Below are positions 1-12,167 of a stretch of 64,000 nt of DNA, one piece after another. The first letter of the stretch is position 1. Each line of letters begins with the position of its first letter. A program made the translations under genes and the position numbers. The notes beneath the pieces are model-generated. The model saw nothing but the letters and a program-made list of their open reading frames with translations. It ran no database searches and was not told the origin of the DNA. The DNA is taken from positions 2,544,001-2,608,000 of the forward strand of contig CM119372.1 of assembly GCA_051294905.1 (NCBI GenBank), written 5' to 3'. This stretch comes from Botryllus schlosseri. Lineage: Eukaryota.

Positions 1-440
1 TTTGGACTTGAGTTGAATCGATGAATTTGGTACGGTATGTTTCTGACGTTAGCTTATATGTTGGCTTAATAAGGTAAACAATTTCACTAGCGGCCTTGTG
101 CTGAATTCAGCTTGACGTTTTCCTGCTTTGTAGCAATATAGTCGAGAGGCTGTAGCAGACACAACGAAATCGTCTCGTGAGCCTCACTTTATCAGGGGGT
201 GTAATATATACGGAAGGCATACACCTAGCTTGAAATCCACCAAAGAAACATACAATTGTAAAGAACTAATTTCTACTCAACAGTTCTATACCATAAAAAT
301 TTAAAAACCTTCTAAACCCAGTGTATCTTCTGATACAATGCCAAAGCCGTATTTCTCCCTAAAAATTTAAGCCAGATTCCCCCCTAAAAATTTCAAAATT
401 ACCCCCAAGGGGAGAATTCTCCCCCGGTTGGGAACCACTG
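1..440. mobile_element. End of a hAT-type non-autonomous element (other end not identified)
   Basis: Ends ...ggggagaattctcccccggttgggaaccactg at 440, the reverse complement of the CAGTGGTTCCCAACC left end of the element at 23969. Left boundary is not determined. Confidence 0.55.
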
Positions 441-455
441 CCATAGACTATACTC

Positions 456-2078
456 CAGTGTTGGGATCAAGTCGCTACATTCGAGTCACGAGTCATCTCG
501 AGTCATTGCACATTTTGACTCGAGTCAAGTCAAGTCAATCGATTTTTGAATGTGACTCGAGTCAAGTCAAGTCACTCGTTTTTTGGAGGTGACTCGAGTC
601 AAGTCGAGTCAAGTCAAGTCACGAGTCAAGTCACAATTCAAGTCAAATTGAATTTTCGAAGTATCAGTGACGATTTAAAGTCATTGAAAACAGATCAATT
701 GGTCATTTATCCTGAATCAAATCACAAAAATACACTTGAATATGCATGCAAGAAGGCGCTGTATCGCTCATGCACACCTAGAACTGCAAATAAAATACGT
801 GAGTAACTGTATAGCTACAAGCTAAAGTCTGTTATTATCAGTCAAGAGGATCGAATATCTAGCCTCGAGAAGTTGAAACAACTTGATAGGATACAATCAT
901 ATCTATCAATCATCTACGTATTCGTGAGAATATAAACACATAAACGCTCGATTTAAATCATACAAGAGGGTTGGTAAAGCTGATCACTGCGCAATGTAAG
1001 CATCATCATCATCATTGGTTTATTAGCATTTTTATCGGTTCAATACACCACAAAAAAGGGATACAATGAAAAGATAGGAAGGCGTCGAAGCGACTTGGAG
1101 TAGTCTATTGAATCAGACACCCAGCTTGGCCTAGGCGATGTAAAGAGGAGGCATGCACACTGAATGAAAAGTAAAGAAGATAGTATAGAAAAAGGCAAGT
1201 AACAAGAAATGGGATGGCATGTCATGGAAGGCGAGATCGATAGGTCAGTCGCGGTCCGGTCATGTTGAGGATGGACTAATATTCATTTCGTAGTAATTGC
1301 TTGTATTTCGACTTGAATGTGGACATGCTCGTTGACTGTCGGATGGCCGGCGAAATACTGTTCCACACATCGGGTCAGGCATATTTGATGGAGCGATGAT
1401 CTTTTCGGTCGATCATATGATATTTGGACGACGTGGACGCGCGTGTGTTGTACTTGTGCGCTTTTGATTCCGAGGTAAAAAAGTCATTGAAATATTCGGG
1501 ACAACGACCGCAGTGGAACTGATACACAAACTTGGCGATTTCCAGTATCCGCATATATCATCTATGTTTCGGACACCGAATCTCTTCAGCAGCGACTTAT
1601 TGGATGGACAGCCGGGCCCCTGTGGGGCCCTAGCAATGATACGGAGTACCTTATGTTGTAGTTTTTGCAGTGGCTCGAGTGCAGTCTAAGAGCCGCCTAA
1701 GCCGTCTAAGAAACAGAGATACGTTACTATTAGAATAATATTAATCTACTTCTACACGACTTCGTAAGCTGTGATTATTTCGTTTGTGGTCAATTTATTT
1801 GTGATGTAACAATGGAGGATCATTAGTGAAACGTACATGACTGGTTAGTGGTTACTCTCACAATGTGACACAGGCGTATCGCAAACAATACAAACATACA
1901 GAAAATACAGTAATTTAATCGACACCGTTTACTTGATGACTTGAAATTGACTCGCACATTTTGCTCCGAGTCACGAGTCAATCCGCATTTTTAAAGCGCC
2001 GAGTCAAGTCAAGTCATACGAAAAAGTTGACTCGAGTCTGACTCGGGTCAAGTCATGACTCGAGTCATCCCAACACTG
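456..2078. mobile_element. hAT-type MITE (GACTCGAGTC/CAAGT-repeat family) containing a nested LINE fragment
   Basis: TIR CAGTGTTGGGAT...ATCCCAACACTG; perfect 8-bp TSD CTATACTC (448-455 and 2079-2086); subterminal GACTCGAGTCAAGTC arrays; homologous to 50655-56475. Confidence 0.92.
1001..1698 (-). mobile_element. 5'-truncated CR1/L2-type LINE, 3' end
   Basis: Minus strand reads LEPLQKLQHKVLRII...HRSIKYA*PDVWNSISPAIRQSTSMSTFKSKYKQLL, typical of an ORF2 C-terminus, then a 3' UTR ending in (ATG)n. Absent from the homologous site in the MITE copy near 51190. Confidence 0.8.
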
Positions 2079-2186
2079 CTATACTCCAAGTCGCTTCGAC
2101 ACCTTCCTATCTTTTCATTGTGTCGCATTTGTGTGGTGTACGGAACTGATAAAATTGCTAATAAACCAATGATGATGATGATGATA
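2079..2186 (+). mobile_element. 3' tail of the same LINE family, opposite orientation
   Basis: actccaagtcgcttcgacaccttcctatcttttcattg...aataaaccaatgatgatgatg is the reverse complement of about 1001-1105. Confidence 0.8.
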
Positions 2187-2348
2187 ATAAAGTATCTAAG
2201 CGAAAAGCAAGGGCGTGCATTTTGAGATAACATATTGTAAACATTCGACAGGTCCGGCCCGCGACGCAAGTCGAGTTTGACACTCCTGGCTTATGGTATA
2301 GTCTGGACAACAATTCTTAACAATAAAATGGCATCGCATTTGTTACAG

Positions 2349-3630
2349 CCGGTTTCACAAGCGACGGATGGTACCGATATACGAACGGGTATGAATATTT
2401 TTTCCTGAGTTCCCCAACTACATACGAACTTGCAACCGCTGCCTGTTCGGGTATGGATCCGACGGCACGCCTCGCAACTGTTGGCGCGCGAGATAACGAT
2501 CTTGCCGAGTAAGTTATTTCCACATAACGTGCAGGGATGACCGGTAACGAGGTACAATCGACTCTGCATAAGGGTCTAGCACCTAGAAAATTGGAAAAAA
2601 GTATAAAAAGTTTCAATTGATTTTTTGGTTTGAAATAATGACATGTTACCTCTGTTCTTACGTCATGCTACGATTGTAACCAGGTCACAAGGTTCCGGGT
2701 CACAAGTCAATCACACTTTTATAGCTTTGACTCGAGACAAGTCTAGTAATTTTCAATTCACCACCGAGTCAAGTCTCGAGTGCGAGTCCGAGTCGAGTCC
2801 GAGTCCAAGTCATTGTGTTGACAGTTTTGAATTCAATCCTGTTCGACACACTTTTCTCGACTATGCTCGAGTGATATAGAATGGCTCGCATTTTCAATGT
2901 ATTAATTTTCCTCAGTCCTAACAATTTCTGGCCCTCTTTTTCAAGTATCAGGACTGATTGAGGAAATACCAATAATGTCGTGACTTTGCCATTCGTCGAA
3001 GTCACAATGAAATGTCTGTCTTGGCGGACCTAGTCTCGAGCCATATGACTTTGTTCTAGTCGTGCACAATGACTCGAGTAGGCCTACATGTCGAGTCAAT
3101 ACACAAATTGACTCGAGTCGAGTTGTTTCATTTTACACATTTGCAAAAATCACTCGTCGCAAAATCGTGACTGGAGTTGGACTTATATATTGTGGGAAGG
3201 AGGACACTTTTTCAAAATCTGAAACGTTTTTTTATCAATATTGGAAACTGTTGATTTTGTGATAATTACTGGAAATGTTGTGGTGTTGACATCGTTTTTA
3301 CGTTTGTGTGTTTCGATCAGGGTTGCAACATGTATCCAATTGCATTTTAGCATAGACGCTGCGGGACTGAACATTCCAGACGGTGCTATCTACTTCGTTG
3401 GGGCGTCGGATGCGATTACCGAGGATTCGTGGGTGTTCTTGGACTCGATTGTTCTGAGCACAGCTGCCATATCGAATTGGGGTCAAATATCTCCAGTTGA
3501 GCCAAATAATTATTTAGGCAACGAGCATTGTTTAGTTTGGCTTCAGGCCGATGGAGGTACAATGACTGAAGGACTCGGGGACGCTGGGTGCGATGGACCC
3601 TATGCAGCCATGTGCGAGAGACCAATATAG
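2349..3630 (+). CDS. C-type lectin domain protein, last two coding exons (5' exons not found)
   Basis: Exon 2349-2508 (ttacag|...|gtaagt) encodes GFTSDGWYRYTNGYEYFFLSSPTTYELATAACSGMDPTARLATVGARDNDLA. It joins in phase 2 to exon 3351-3630 (alternative in-phase acceptor at 3321): IDAAGLNIPDGAIYFVGASDAITEDSWVFLD...NWGQISPVEPNNYLGNEHCLVW...LGDAGCDGPYAAMCERPI*. All four core CTLD cysteines and an EPN motif are present. Confidence 0.9.
2672..3182. mobile_element. Degenerate MITE of the CAGGGTTGTAAC/GACTCGAGTC family in the lectin intron
   Basis: Collinear similarity to 23105-23637 and 24538-25075; ends eroded. Confidence 0.75.
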
Positions 3631-4496
3631 CGTGATGGCATGTCCCGCATTTCACGAATTGAAACACATTCTAATATTACGACCCATACGTCCGCTTATG
3701 GATTACACTCCAGTCTGTTGGCTCGGCGTTTTAAGCAAGTGGCGCTGTTGTCCACAAGTTTTCCCAAATCGCGTGTCTGTAATCCATACTTTAAAAAATA
3801 CTTGATTTTCAAAATGCGCAACTAGAATTTGCCATATTCTACTGTATATTCCATACATATTCGACCAATATATCACAGAACAGAACACCGGTCGCTCGAT
3901 ATTTGTCGAGAAGATAAAATACACAGTAAGCTATCTATGATGAAATGCGTCAGAGAGTATATAGTTCGAAAAAGAATGTAAGCCTATACTTATACAGCGG
4001 TATAGTCAAAGAAGTCATTGTTGCTACTCAAGTATAAGTATAAGAAAAATACAATCAATACCTTACAAGTATAGATGTGCCGATTTTTTACAGTTGAATT
4101 AGAAGTTAAAGTAGTATAAATACGTATTACAACCACTTGAATACCTAGTGGAATATATCAAAACTCACTCGTCAACTTGAAAAAAAGTAGTCAAAAGTAC
4201 TTCGTTACCGTTACTGGAAACCTCCGCCTGTACAGTGTGTACATTGTACATTTACATTTTATTCCTGTTGGTAAGGAGAGGTCATATCATCATATACACA
4301 AGGTGTCCTACTGTCCACATTCCATGCTTCGAAATTCATGTTACTAATGAATTAGTAGGACCGCATTGATTCGCATTCACAATTGTATGCCAGGTATATT
4401 TGGTAAATACTGCATTCGTAAAACATTAAGGGTCATTTTGTATCGTCCATTAATGCCAAATATAGGCTTACACATTTGTGCAGCGAGGCATTAGAA

Positions 4497-5667
4497 CAGT
4501 GCTCTTCAACCGGGGTTGTCGTACACCCTAGAGGGTGTACCATAATTTGCAAAGGGTGTACCACTCGGATGGGGTGTACAGGGGTGTACCAGATCCAAAT
4601 TACAATGAGCTGATGGCTAGCTATCACAAAGGCAGGTTTATGGGTCAGTACAGGTTGACGGACAGGATAATTAGCAATATGGTACGATGTTTTCTCAAGT
4701 CTAATCCTGTACACCACTTGATTGTGATGCCATAAGCAAATATTTCTCCTATTCATTTAGCCGTCGGCAATAGACCAATGATTCCGTTTGGTGTTGGAAA
4801 GTATGCAGTTAACAGACATGTGTTCAGCTAGTCATTTGTCTTTTAGTGATTTTTGAGGAAACCGCTGCGATAGCTCAGACTTCTTGAGTTGGTACTTCCT
4901 ACCCGACGTTCATAAATGCCGCAATGCGCATAAATGAGGTGACGTAGCCAGCCAGGGTCGAACCAGCTTCCATGTTGAAATCGAAACCCTTTTGTTTTAA
5001 AATGCCGATTTTATGTCCAATATTTCGCCATACATTTGCAATTTAGTATTTTGTTATTAGTGATGCAAATTAGCGACAATAGACCGTGTATAGCGGCATA
5101 CGATCTGAGGTTATTGACATCTCTTGCAGCCCATGTGCTACTATCGACTGTGTGTGGTGTGGGGGAGGCCTGATACGCAGTAGGCTGGTGCGCCTGCTAT
5201 CATCGCTGATCTAAATTACTGCTTCTGCAGCAGTAGCTTTACCTACTTTACCTAATTTGCGTGGCGGGCGGCCTAACTGGCTGCGAATAGACTCTGTGAC
5301 CAAATACTATTTTATTCAAATCCAAATTTTTTGACGGCAATTAACTCCGCTTCTACTGGTTTGAAGAATATCGTTTTTATAGACAACCTAATACTTTCAT
5401 GGGGTGAACAGAAAAATTTCAAATTTTTCCTTATTTATTTTATGTAATAAATAGAAACTTTCTTCTCGCGTAGCAATGTGGCTACTGGTTGGAATTGAAC
5501 CAAATTTGGTGTGTAGGCTTAAGTTAGGTAGCCTAACAATTTTATCAAGTAGCCAGTACGATTTGAGATGAAAAGTCATTTTTGAAGACCCCTAATGAAC
5601 AGGGGTGTACGAGTTTTGAGCAAACGTTAAAAGGGTGTACCACGTCGAAAAAGGTTGAAGAGCACTG
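4497..5667. mobile_element. hAT-type non-autonomous element
   Basis: TIR CAGTGCTCTTCAACC...GGTTGAAGAGCACTG; perfect TSD CATTAGAA; subterminal GGGTGTAC repeats. Confidence 0.92.
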
Positions 5668-5853
5668 CATTAGAATATAAAATATTTATAAGAATGTATT
5701 GACTGAAAGCTGACAGCTTAGTGCTCAAAACGTTGATTTTTCTGAAAAGCCGGGCCAAATAGGCCTACTGCGCAAAATTATGCGATAGCCAACCTCCAAC
5801 GAGCTACAGTGAATCAGTAAACAGCGCTCGAGTTTTCTTTACACCGTCTAGGC

Positions 5854-6603
5854 CAGTGGTTCTCAACCTTTTTGTCTCCGCGGACCCCTCGAAGTCTACG
5901 TTCAAATTCAGCTCAATTATCGTGCAATCGTCTCCTGTCTTGTGCAAATGATGACCCTAGGGCGTAGGCTATAGTGATAAACAGAAACAAAATGACTTTC
6001 TTTAAAGTAACATCATACTATATTTATGTCGAAATTGCATTGCATTTCATTATTTCCAAGCGAATTCTGCAACTGCATTGCTTAAAATACGGGGTCATGT
6101 CTTGAAAATCCGCGCCTTCGATTTGATATGAACGAGTGCCGGAAATCCATTTCTACAAATATAGGTGGTGGCGAATGTAATAATAACGTGTAACACTTCC
6201 TACGACACATTTGGGTATGATGGCACCAAAATTGTCAAACAATTTTTTTTAATAAACATATACCGTCAAGCCTGGTCAATGATCATTTCTATCTAGCAAC
6301 TCATCTTGAAGTTATTATGAAAAAAAAAAGCTTTGCAGGTCTATATCACAGGAGAAAATGGATTTTTTTTAAAGAGACAAAATATTTTTTATCAGTAGGT
6401 TATTGGCAATTTAGCAATTAAAATAAGTCTGCACAGTAGGATATTTCATCTCAGACGGCCATTCTGTTGATGAGAGTTCTGGAGTTTTACTAGTAATGAG
6501 CGAAACTGCCTCGTGATTCTTCAAATTTCAAAACATACAACTTACGTTATGAACTATGTTGTAAATTGAGATCGAGGCTTAGGACCCCGGTTGAAAACCA
6601 CAG
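5854..6603. mobile_element. hAT-type non-autonomous element
   Basis: CAGTGGTTCTCAACC...GGTTGAAAACCACAG; TSD GTCTAGGC/GTCTAGAC (7/8). Confidence 0.8.
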
Positions 6604-6796
6604 GTCTAGACCCAGGTTGGTGCCTGGTTTCACAGACAACTCCTACTCGTTTCGTCAACTTTGTATCTTTTGATTGTATCACAATCTGATGGTGCTTTTG
6701 ACAGGATACGATTATTGACAATAAACTCAACAACAGCAATAACAACAGCAGGCGAGCAAGCTACAACACCGTATTCACCGCTTAGTCGTGTAGACA

Positions 6797-9700
6797 TTAT
6801 TTATGTTGGCTCTTCCAGCCCTCAAACTGCTGCGGTGTTCCCGGATCAGGTACTGCCATGTCGTACGGATCTTGGCTTTCTACAGCGCTCATGTCGTATA
6901 CATTGTACGCGGATTCCGAATCACCATCGCTTCCTCGGGACCGAAAGCTGTTCAATCCAATCTCGAAATAGCGTTGTCCGAATTCTGAAAATCTTGGCGT
7001 GATCACAGAAGGCGGCGGTGCCGTTGCGATGGCTTCGTAGATATTGGAGCTCGTGTACTCTGTATCGGAAAGAATGACGCTCGGTATGCTTAGGTTACGT
7101 TGTTCGGTGTCGATCGGGGGCAGGCTTGGTGGGCGGTCAGATCGTGGGTTCCACGATTGGTAGACGACATTGGCGGTTGTGTTTTTCGTTGCGATAACGG
7201 ATATTTGGTCGTCGCTGCCGCTGCTGTGTTCTTGAGACTTGTTTCGAGTCCTAAAAATGATAGATACTAGCATTAGCAAGAAGAGCTGTTTCGTAATGAA
7301 GCCCTTCCACTTTTTCGTAGTATTAGAGTATGTTTTTTCTCCTTACACTACTTGGTCAAGTTGAGCAACAAGTAAACGGAGATGAGACGGAATGAAGTCC
7401 TTTGTCACTCAGTACTTCTCCTTTCCTGGAATACTCAAGTAATTTTTGCCCACTTGAAATAATTTGGTGGCATTGATTTTAAATTACTTCCACTCCTACT
7501 TAGTTCTTCAATGTTTTATGCAAAATGAGATATATCATGCTTAGTTTTAATTACCTAGAAATCGTTACTTCTACGTATTCTTGAGCATAAATTTACGACG
7601 TTACTCTGTGCTTCTACTTGAGGACCAACGACAACGACTTTGACAACCTTTGTGCGGTACTAGGACGTTGGTAGTCTACTTCGCAAGGGACGAATATGAG
7701 TTGGGGCGAGGTATTGGCATACAGAGGTGAATATTCCAATGTCACGAGGTTGAATGAGTGAGTGAATGAGTGGATGAAAGTGTCCTCGGAGGACGCCCAA
7801 ATGTCCTATTTTGTGAGAATTTGTCCTCTTTTTTTGAAAATTTTGGGTAAATATACGTGAAAATTGGAAGTCGAATGAAAGTTATGACCTTTTGCTTAGT
7901 CAACCAACTACAAACTCGGGGTAAATTTACCTATTTTTCCGAATTTGTCTCCGGTATTGTAAGTCTGAAAATTTTTAAAAAGTGTCTTCCTTTCAGATTC
8001 CTAAAAATGGTAACCCTTCAATATGTGAAATAGGCTACTTATTTTTCGTAGTTATGTTTTTGACTATACCTTCACTTCTAGTCAACAGTTTTCAACTTCA
8101 GGGACAAAACTAGGCTTGAAAAACCTATACTTGATGGTAACTCCGAAAAGTAAAAATACAGAAGCTACTGTTGTCCTATTATGAGTTTAGCAAAAAGTAA
8201 GATATGCGACGAATATGTAGGCCTAATTTTCATCACCAACCTGCGGGATCGAAAGCAAGTCGTCATCGCAATCGCCGCGATAATTACGATACCAATCGGA
8301 AGCAGTATTACGATCAATTCGATATCATTAATTCCCTTGGTCTTCAACTGGTTCGTCGAAGCAGTCGTGGTCCAATTTCTACGAATCTTCCTCGTAATGA
8401 AATCATGAATCGCTCCAATGTCAGGAGAAGATGTCGTTTCTGCAAATTATGAGGCTCTTTACAGTTGCCCCGGGAATAAGGGATGATCATAATGCCAGTA
8501 GTGTGGGCTGGCCGGCTGGTGTACTTCCGTCTGTTGTATACGCATTCCTACTCGACTACACGTGACATTACCATTTCTCATTCTGTCTCATAACAGCCGA
8601 CTCGCTGAAGTTTTAGGTAGCGGTAACTTGCACATATATAGAAGCGTTGAACAACTAGAAAATTTTCTAAGCTATAATGTTGGATCAGAATTAGAATTAT
8701 AGCAACACAGGTTTTCCAAATTAGAAAAGATTACAATTAGAGTTATTGAATTCGCAAACACTTGGATACTGAATTAAGTTCCGAAGTTGAACAAAACACA
8801 TCAAGTTCAGTTCATATCAAATCATTTCTTAAAGCATGAAAACGTCTGTACACCAAGCTCGCCTCGTTACGTGAGATACAGATGGCCTGCGGCATTTGTA
8901 GCAATTTTTCCCGACTTTGAGGTCGATTGACTAAAAAAAAAGAAAAAGGTCACCTTTCCGGCTCGAATCCCGATTTACCGATTTTCTACGACATCTTCCG
9001 TTGGTTGACTAAAAAAAGTCATTTTTCTTGCTCAAGTCTCGATAACTCGTCGGACCGTTACTTGGCCGCTGATTTCCTATATCTCAGCCGAATTTCAACG
9101 TACATTTAACCAAAATTTTTAAAAAAGAGGACAAATTCTCAAAAAAGAGGACATTTAGGCGTCCTTCGAGGACACTATCAAAAAGGTCAAAAAAGAGGAC
9201 AAATCCTCCTAAAAGGAGCGTATGGTAACTCTATCCAAGTCTGCTTTATAGATAGGGTTACCGCACGTTCTACAGTAGGAGGCTTTGTCCTCCTTTATCA
9301 ACAATTCGAAAATGTCCTCCGAGGACGCCCAAATATCCTCCTCTTTGAAAACTCGTCCTTCTTTACAGTTTAGACAACCAGGCGATTGTACAGGCAGAAC
9401 CGAAAACGCCATAAGTGACGTCAAATCTGGATTTCTCCTGTTAGAGCGGGTATTTCGGGAATCGATTCGGATGACTGACCTTTTTGTTTAGTCGATATTA
9501 CAGTATTTCTAGTTGAAGTCTTCAAATTATCCGAATCATCGTTCGATTTTATAAGTTTAGCGATATGTAAAGTGTCTTTTTTTCCGGATCTAATAATATG
9601 GTAACCCATATACCGCCCACTCTAGGACGGTTCACTGGCCCTCTGGTTGTTTTGTTACATAGGCATACTCACTTTCCGCACAATCCAGCACCTCATATTC

Positions 9701-11104
9701 GACGTCAAATTCTTTCGAGTTAGAATTGTACATTAAGGCATCAAATACAACTTCTATCTTGGGCGATTCTAGATTGCGGCTAAGGCAAGAGGAATAGTCT
9801 GATAGGATGTGATTACATTTGTCCGAGGAGGCGTAGGTAACACAAAACGGATCTCTCCTGTGACAGTCGAAATTTTCTGTGAAAATAAAATACGCAGACA
9901 TATACTTAAGTTTATGTATGCGAGATTAATATTGAAGGGATACAGACTACTTTAATTTGTTACAGATATAGGTTTGACAAAACAAGACACGCCTGACCGA
10001 TTCACATGCACTTAATTGTGATCCAAACATCCGTATGAGAGTAGCCTACAGCAGTCGCAAAATATAACCTCTACACAACTAAACTACCTTTATTTACGTA
10101 GAACAGAGCAGCGCACGTTGACGTGTAAATGTTCTCGGTGACCTTGAGATCAATTTCCTTCACATTGACGACGACAAGATAATCCTCCAGTTCAGGTTCA
10201 ATCGTCCATTGGCAAATCTCATCGACCAGGTAACCCCCTTCTGACAATGGCAAAGTAAATCGACCAGTTTTGTTTGCGCCGAAATTCATTAGCTCGCAAT
10301 CTGCCAAGGAATCCGAAGATCCTGCAAAAGGCATGGAGTAGGCGTTGAGCCATACCAGTGGTTTTCAAACTGGGGGTGGGGGGGGGGGGGTGAAAGCATC
10401 GGATGACCACCGGAGAGAAACCCATACTGGTTAATTTGTGCTGTAACTTCCAAGTTTTAATGGCAATATTCCTAATTTTACTGATACCGAGCCGAAAATA
10501 TCCCTGAATGAAGTGTAAGTGCTGAATGTGTTGTGTGTAGCTGTGCCAATGGATTTTGATTTACCTTATGGTCAGGTACGTTAAGACAGGAGTATCCAGA
10601 CGAGTTCTAGAAATCCCTGGTTTGAGCCAAGCTCAAGAAGGGATTAGGCACCTAAATCGCTAAAATATCCATGTGCTACGTGCTACAGCCTACTATTGCA
10701 CATGTTGATGCATAACAAAATATTCAACCAGAAACTTTTTCGCTTTCATCGCGATTTAGCCTACCTCTATGTATAGTCCAAATTCGATAATTAGGAAGTA
10801 TCTCAACAGTCATAACACCTTCCATGCCACCCAACAATGCGTTGGGATTGCAAAAATTCTGGTTGCTCTTTTATATATTTTTTATTTTATGCAAAATTAT
10901 TGACTATCATCAAGGGAGGCATGTCCAAACAAGTTTGAGAACCACTGAGCTAGACAGTGGCTGACGATTATAAGGAGTGTTAATGATACCGCTCTAGTTT
11001 GACACATCTAATCTTTGCTTCTCAGAAATGACGAAAGTGAAAATGCCTTAAAAGAACTTACGTGATAGGACATGCAACGCTATCCATAATATCCACAACG
11101 ACAT
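6797..11104 (-). CDS. Type-I membrane receptor A: signal peptide, 8-Cys CUB-like domain, stalk, TM, Tyr-rich tail (about 377 aa)
   Basis: Exons 11104-11062 (MSLWILWIALHVLS), 10321-10088 (DCELMNFGANKTGRFTLP...ICQWTIEP...VVVNVKEIDL), 9876-9673 (...FDVEYEVLDCAE), 8439-8241 (stalk + IELIVILLPIGIVIIAAIAMTTCFRSRR), 7250-6797 (tail). All introns GT-AG, phases 1,1,1,2; 1134 nt with no internal stop. Confidence 0.88.
9253..9610. mobile_element. MITE of the TAGGGTTACC/GAGGAC family
   Basis: TAGGGTTACC...GGTAACCCATA ends; GAGGAC/GTCCTC motifs shared with about 7780-8020, 9110-9230, 35430-35535 and 49050. Confidence 0.6.
10356..10947. mobile_element. hAT-type MITE in intron 1 of receptor A
   Basis: CAGTGGTTTTCAAACT...AGTTTGAGAACCACTG; imperfect TSD AGCCATAC/AGCTAGAC. 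Confidence 0.75.
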
Positions 11105-11679
11105 ATTGACATTTATCCAAAATGTCCGATGGTTTAAAGGAAACTAACATAGATTAGGTGTTATTATCAAATACAGCGAGTATATTGGATATTGACTACA
11201 GAATAGTTTACGTTTCATTCCTCTCCATACAGAATATATGACCTCCTAACTCTTTAAAACGGTTTATCGATGTCAGATGTAGGCTACCTGCTCGTACTGT
11301 ATAGGGAGCATTTCAGCAATGCGCTACAGGTCACGACTGAATCGAATTTTGAAAGTTTCTATTTAATTCCATGCGAAATATAGGAATGAGCGTACTTCCT
11401 GTTCATTGAAATACATCACTCGTTCAACAAAGATTACATAATTCTAAAATCCGTTCATTGAATAGCAAATCAAACGCTTCAACGGAATCCAGCGATCATG
11501 GTGACCGCGTATCTATGCAACATGCATGATTCCGTGCAATTTTTCGCAAATTGTCACATCTTGATGTCTTCCATCTTATCTATATAGCATTATAGCGGTT
11601 GCTTTAGAAGTGACAGCGATGGTAGAGGGATGTGTCTGTTACTGTGTCACAAACGTATAGCGTACGTGCTTATATATAG

Positions 11680-12167
11680 CAGGGGCGGGCAACCCACGGC
11701 CCGCGGGCCGGGGCCGGCCCGCGACGGGATTTGGAACAGCCTGCAGACAGTTTCTATCCCGAAAGTGAAATTCTAATCTGAAAGTATTGACAATTTTCAT
11801 GCGTCAAAGAATGAATCCACGTTTGCCAAACTGAGAAAAATGGTCGTGAAACTATTTGTTCTGTTTTGTTCTATTTGCGAGCCAACATTTTCGACCGGGA
11901 ACATTAACAAGACAAAATAACTGATGTTCACGTGCAGTCTTTACTGAGGGTTTTTACATCCAAATGCAGTTCAAAGAACTTGTTGAGAACTTTGATCGAC
12001 CACAGATGTCTGATTGACTTCAACAGCTATTGAAGTACATTCGGTTAATATATTAATTAAACACTGTTTTGGTCTTTATGCGATTAATGTGTCTATTCTT
12101 TAACCGACCCGCCAAGTACTCAATTTTCCATATCAGGCCCGTCGACCAGAGAAGTTGCCCGCCCCTG
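11680..12167 (+). mobile_element. hAT (SPIN/Charlie/Buster-like) deletion derivative with a transposase C-terminal remnant
   Basis: TIR CAGGGGCGGGCAAC...GTTGCCCGCCCCTG; about 11820-11960 reads FAKLRKMVVKLFVLFCSICEPTFSTGNINKTK*...TDVHVQSLLRV, like the hAT dimerization domain. Confidence 0.8.

Noticed and set aside
460..650. GACTCGAGTCAAGTC arrays (also near 2000, 23200, 24600, 50700, 51500, 56400) as CRISPR-like repeats
   Set aside because: No regular repeat-spacer periodicity; they are subterminal repeats inside TIR/TSD-bounded elements in a eukaryotic context.
8460..8610. Additional exon in receptor A (and 15686-15871 in B)
   Set aside because: No open phase-compatible exon with good splice sites; both gene models close in frame without it.
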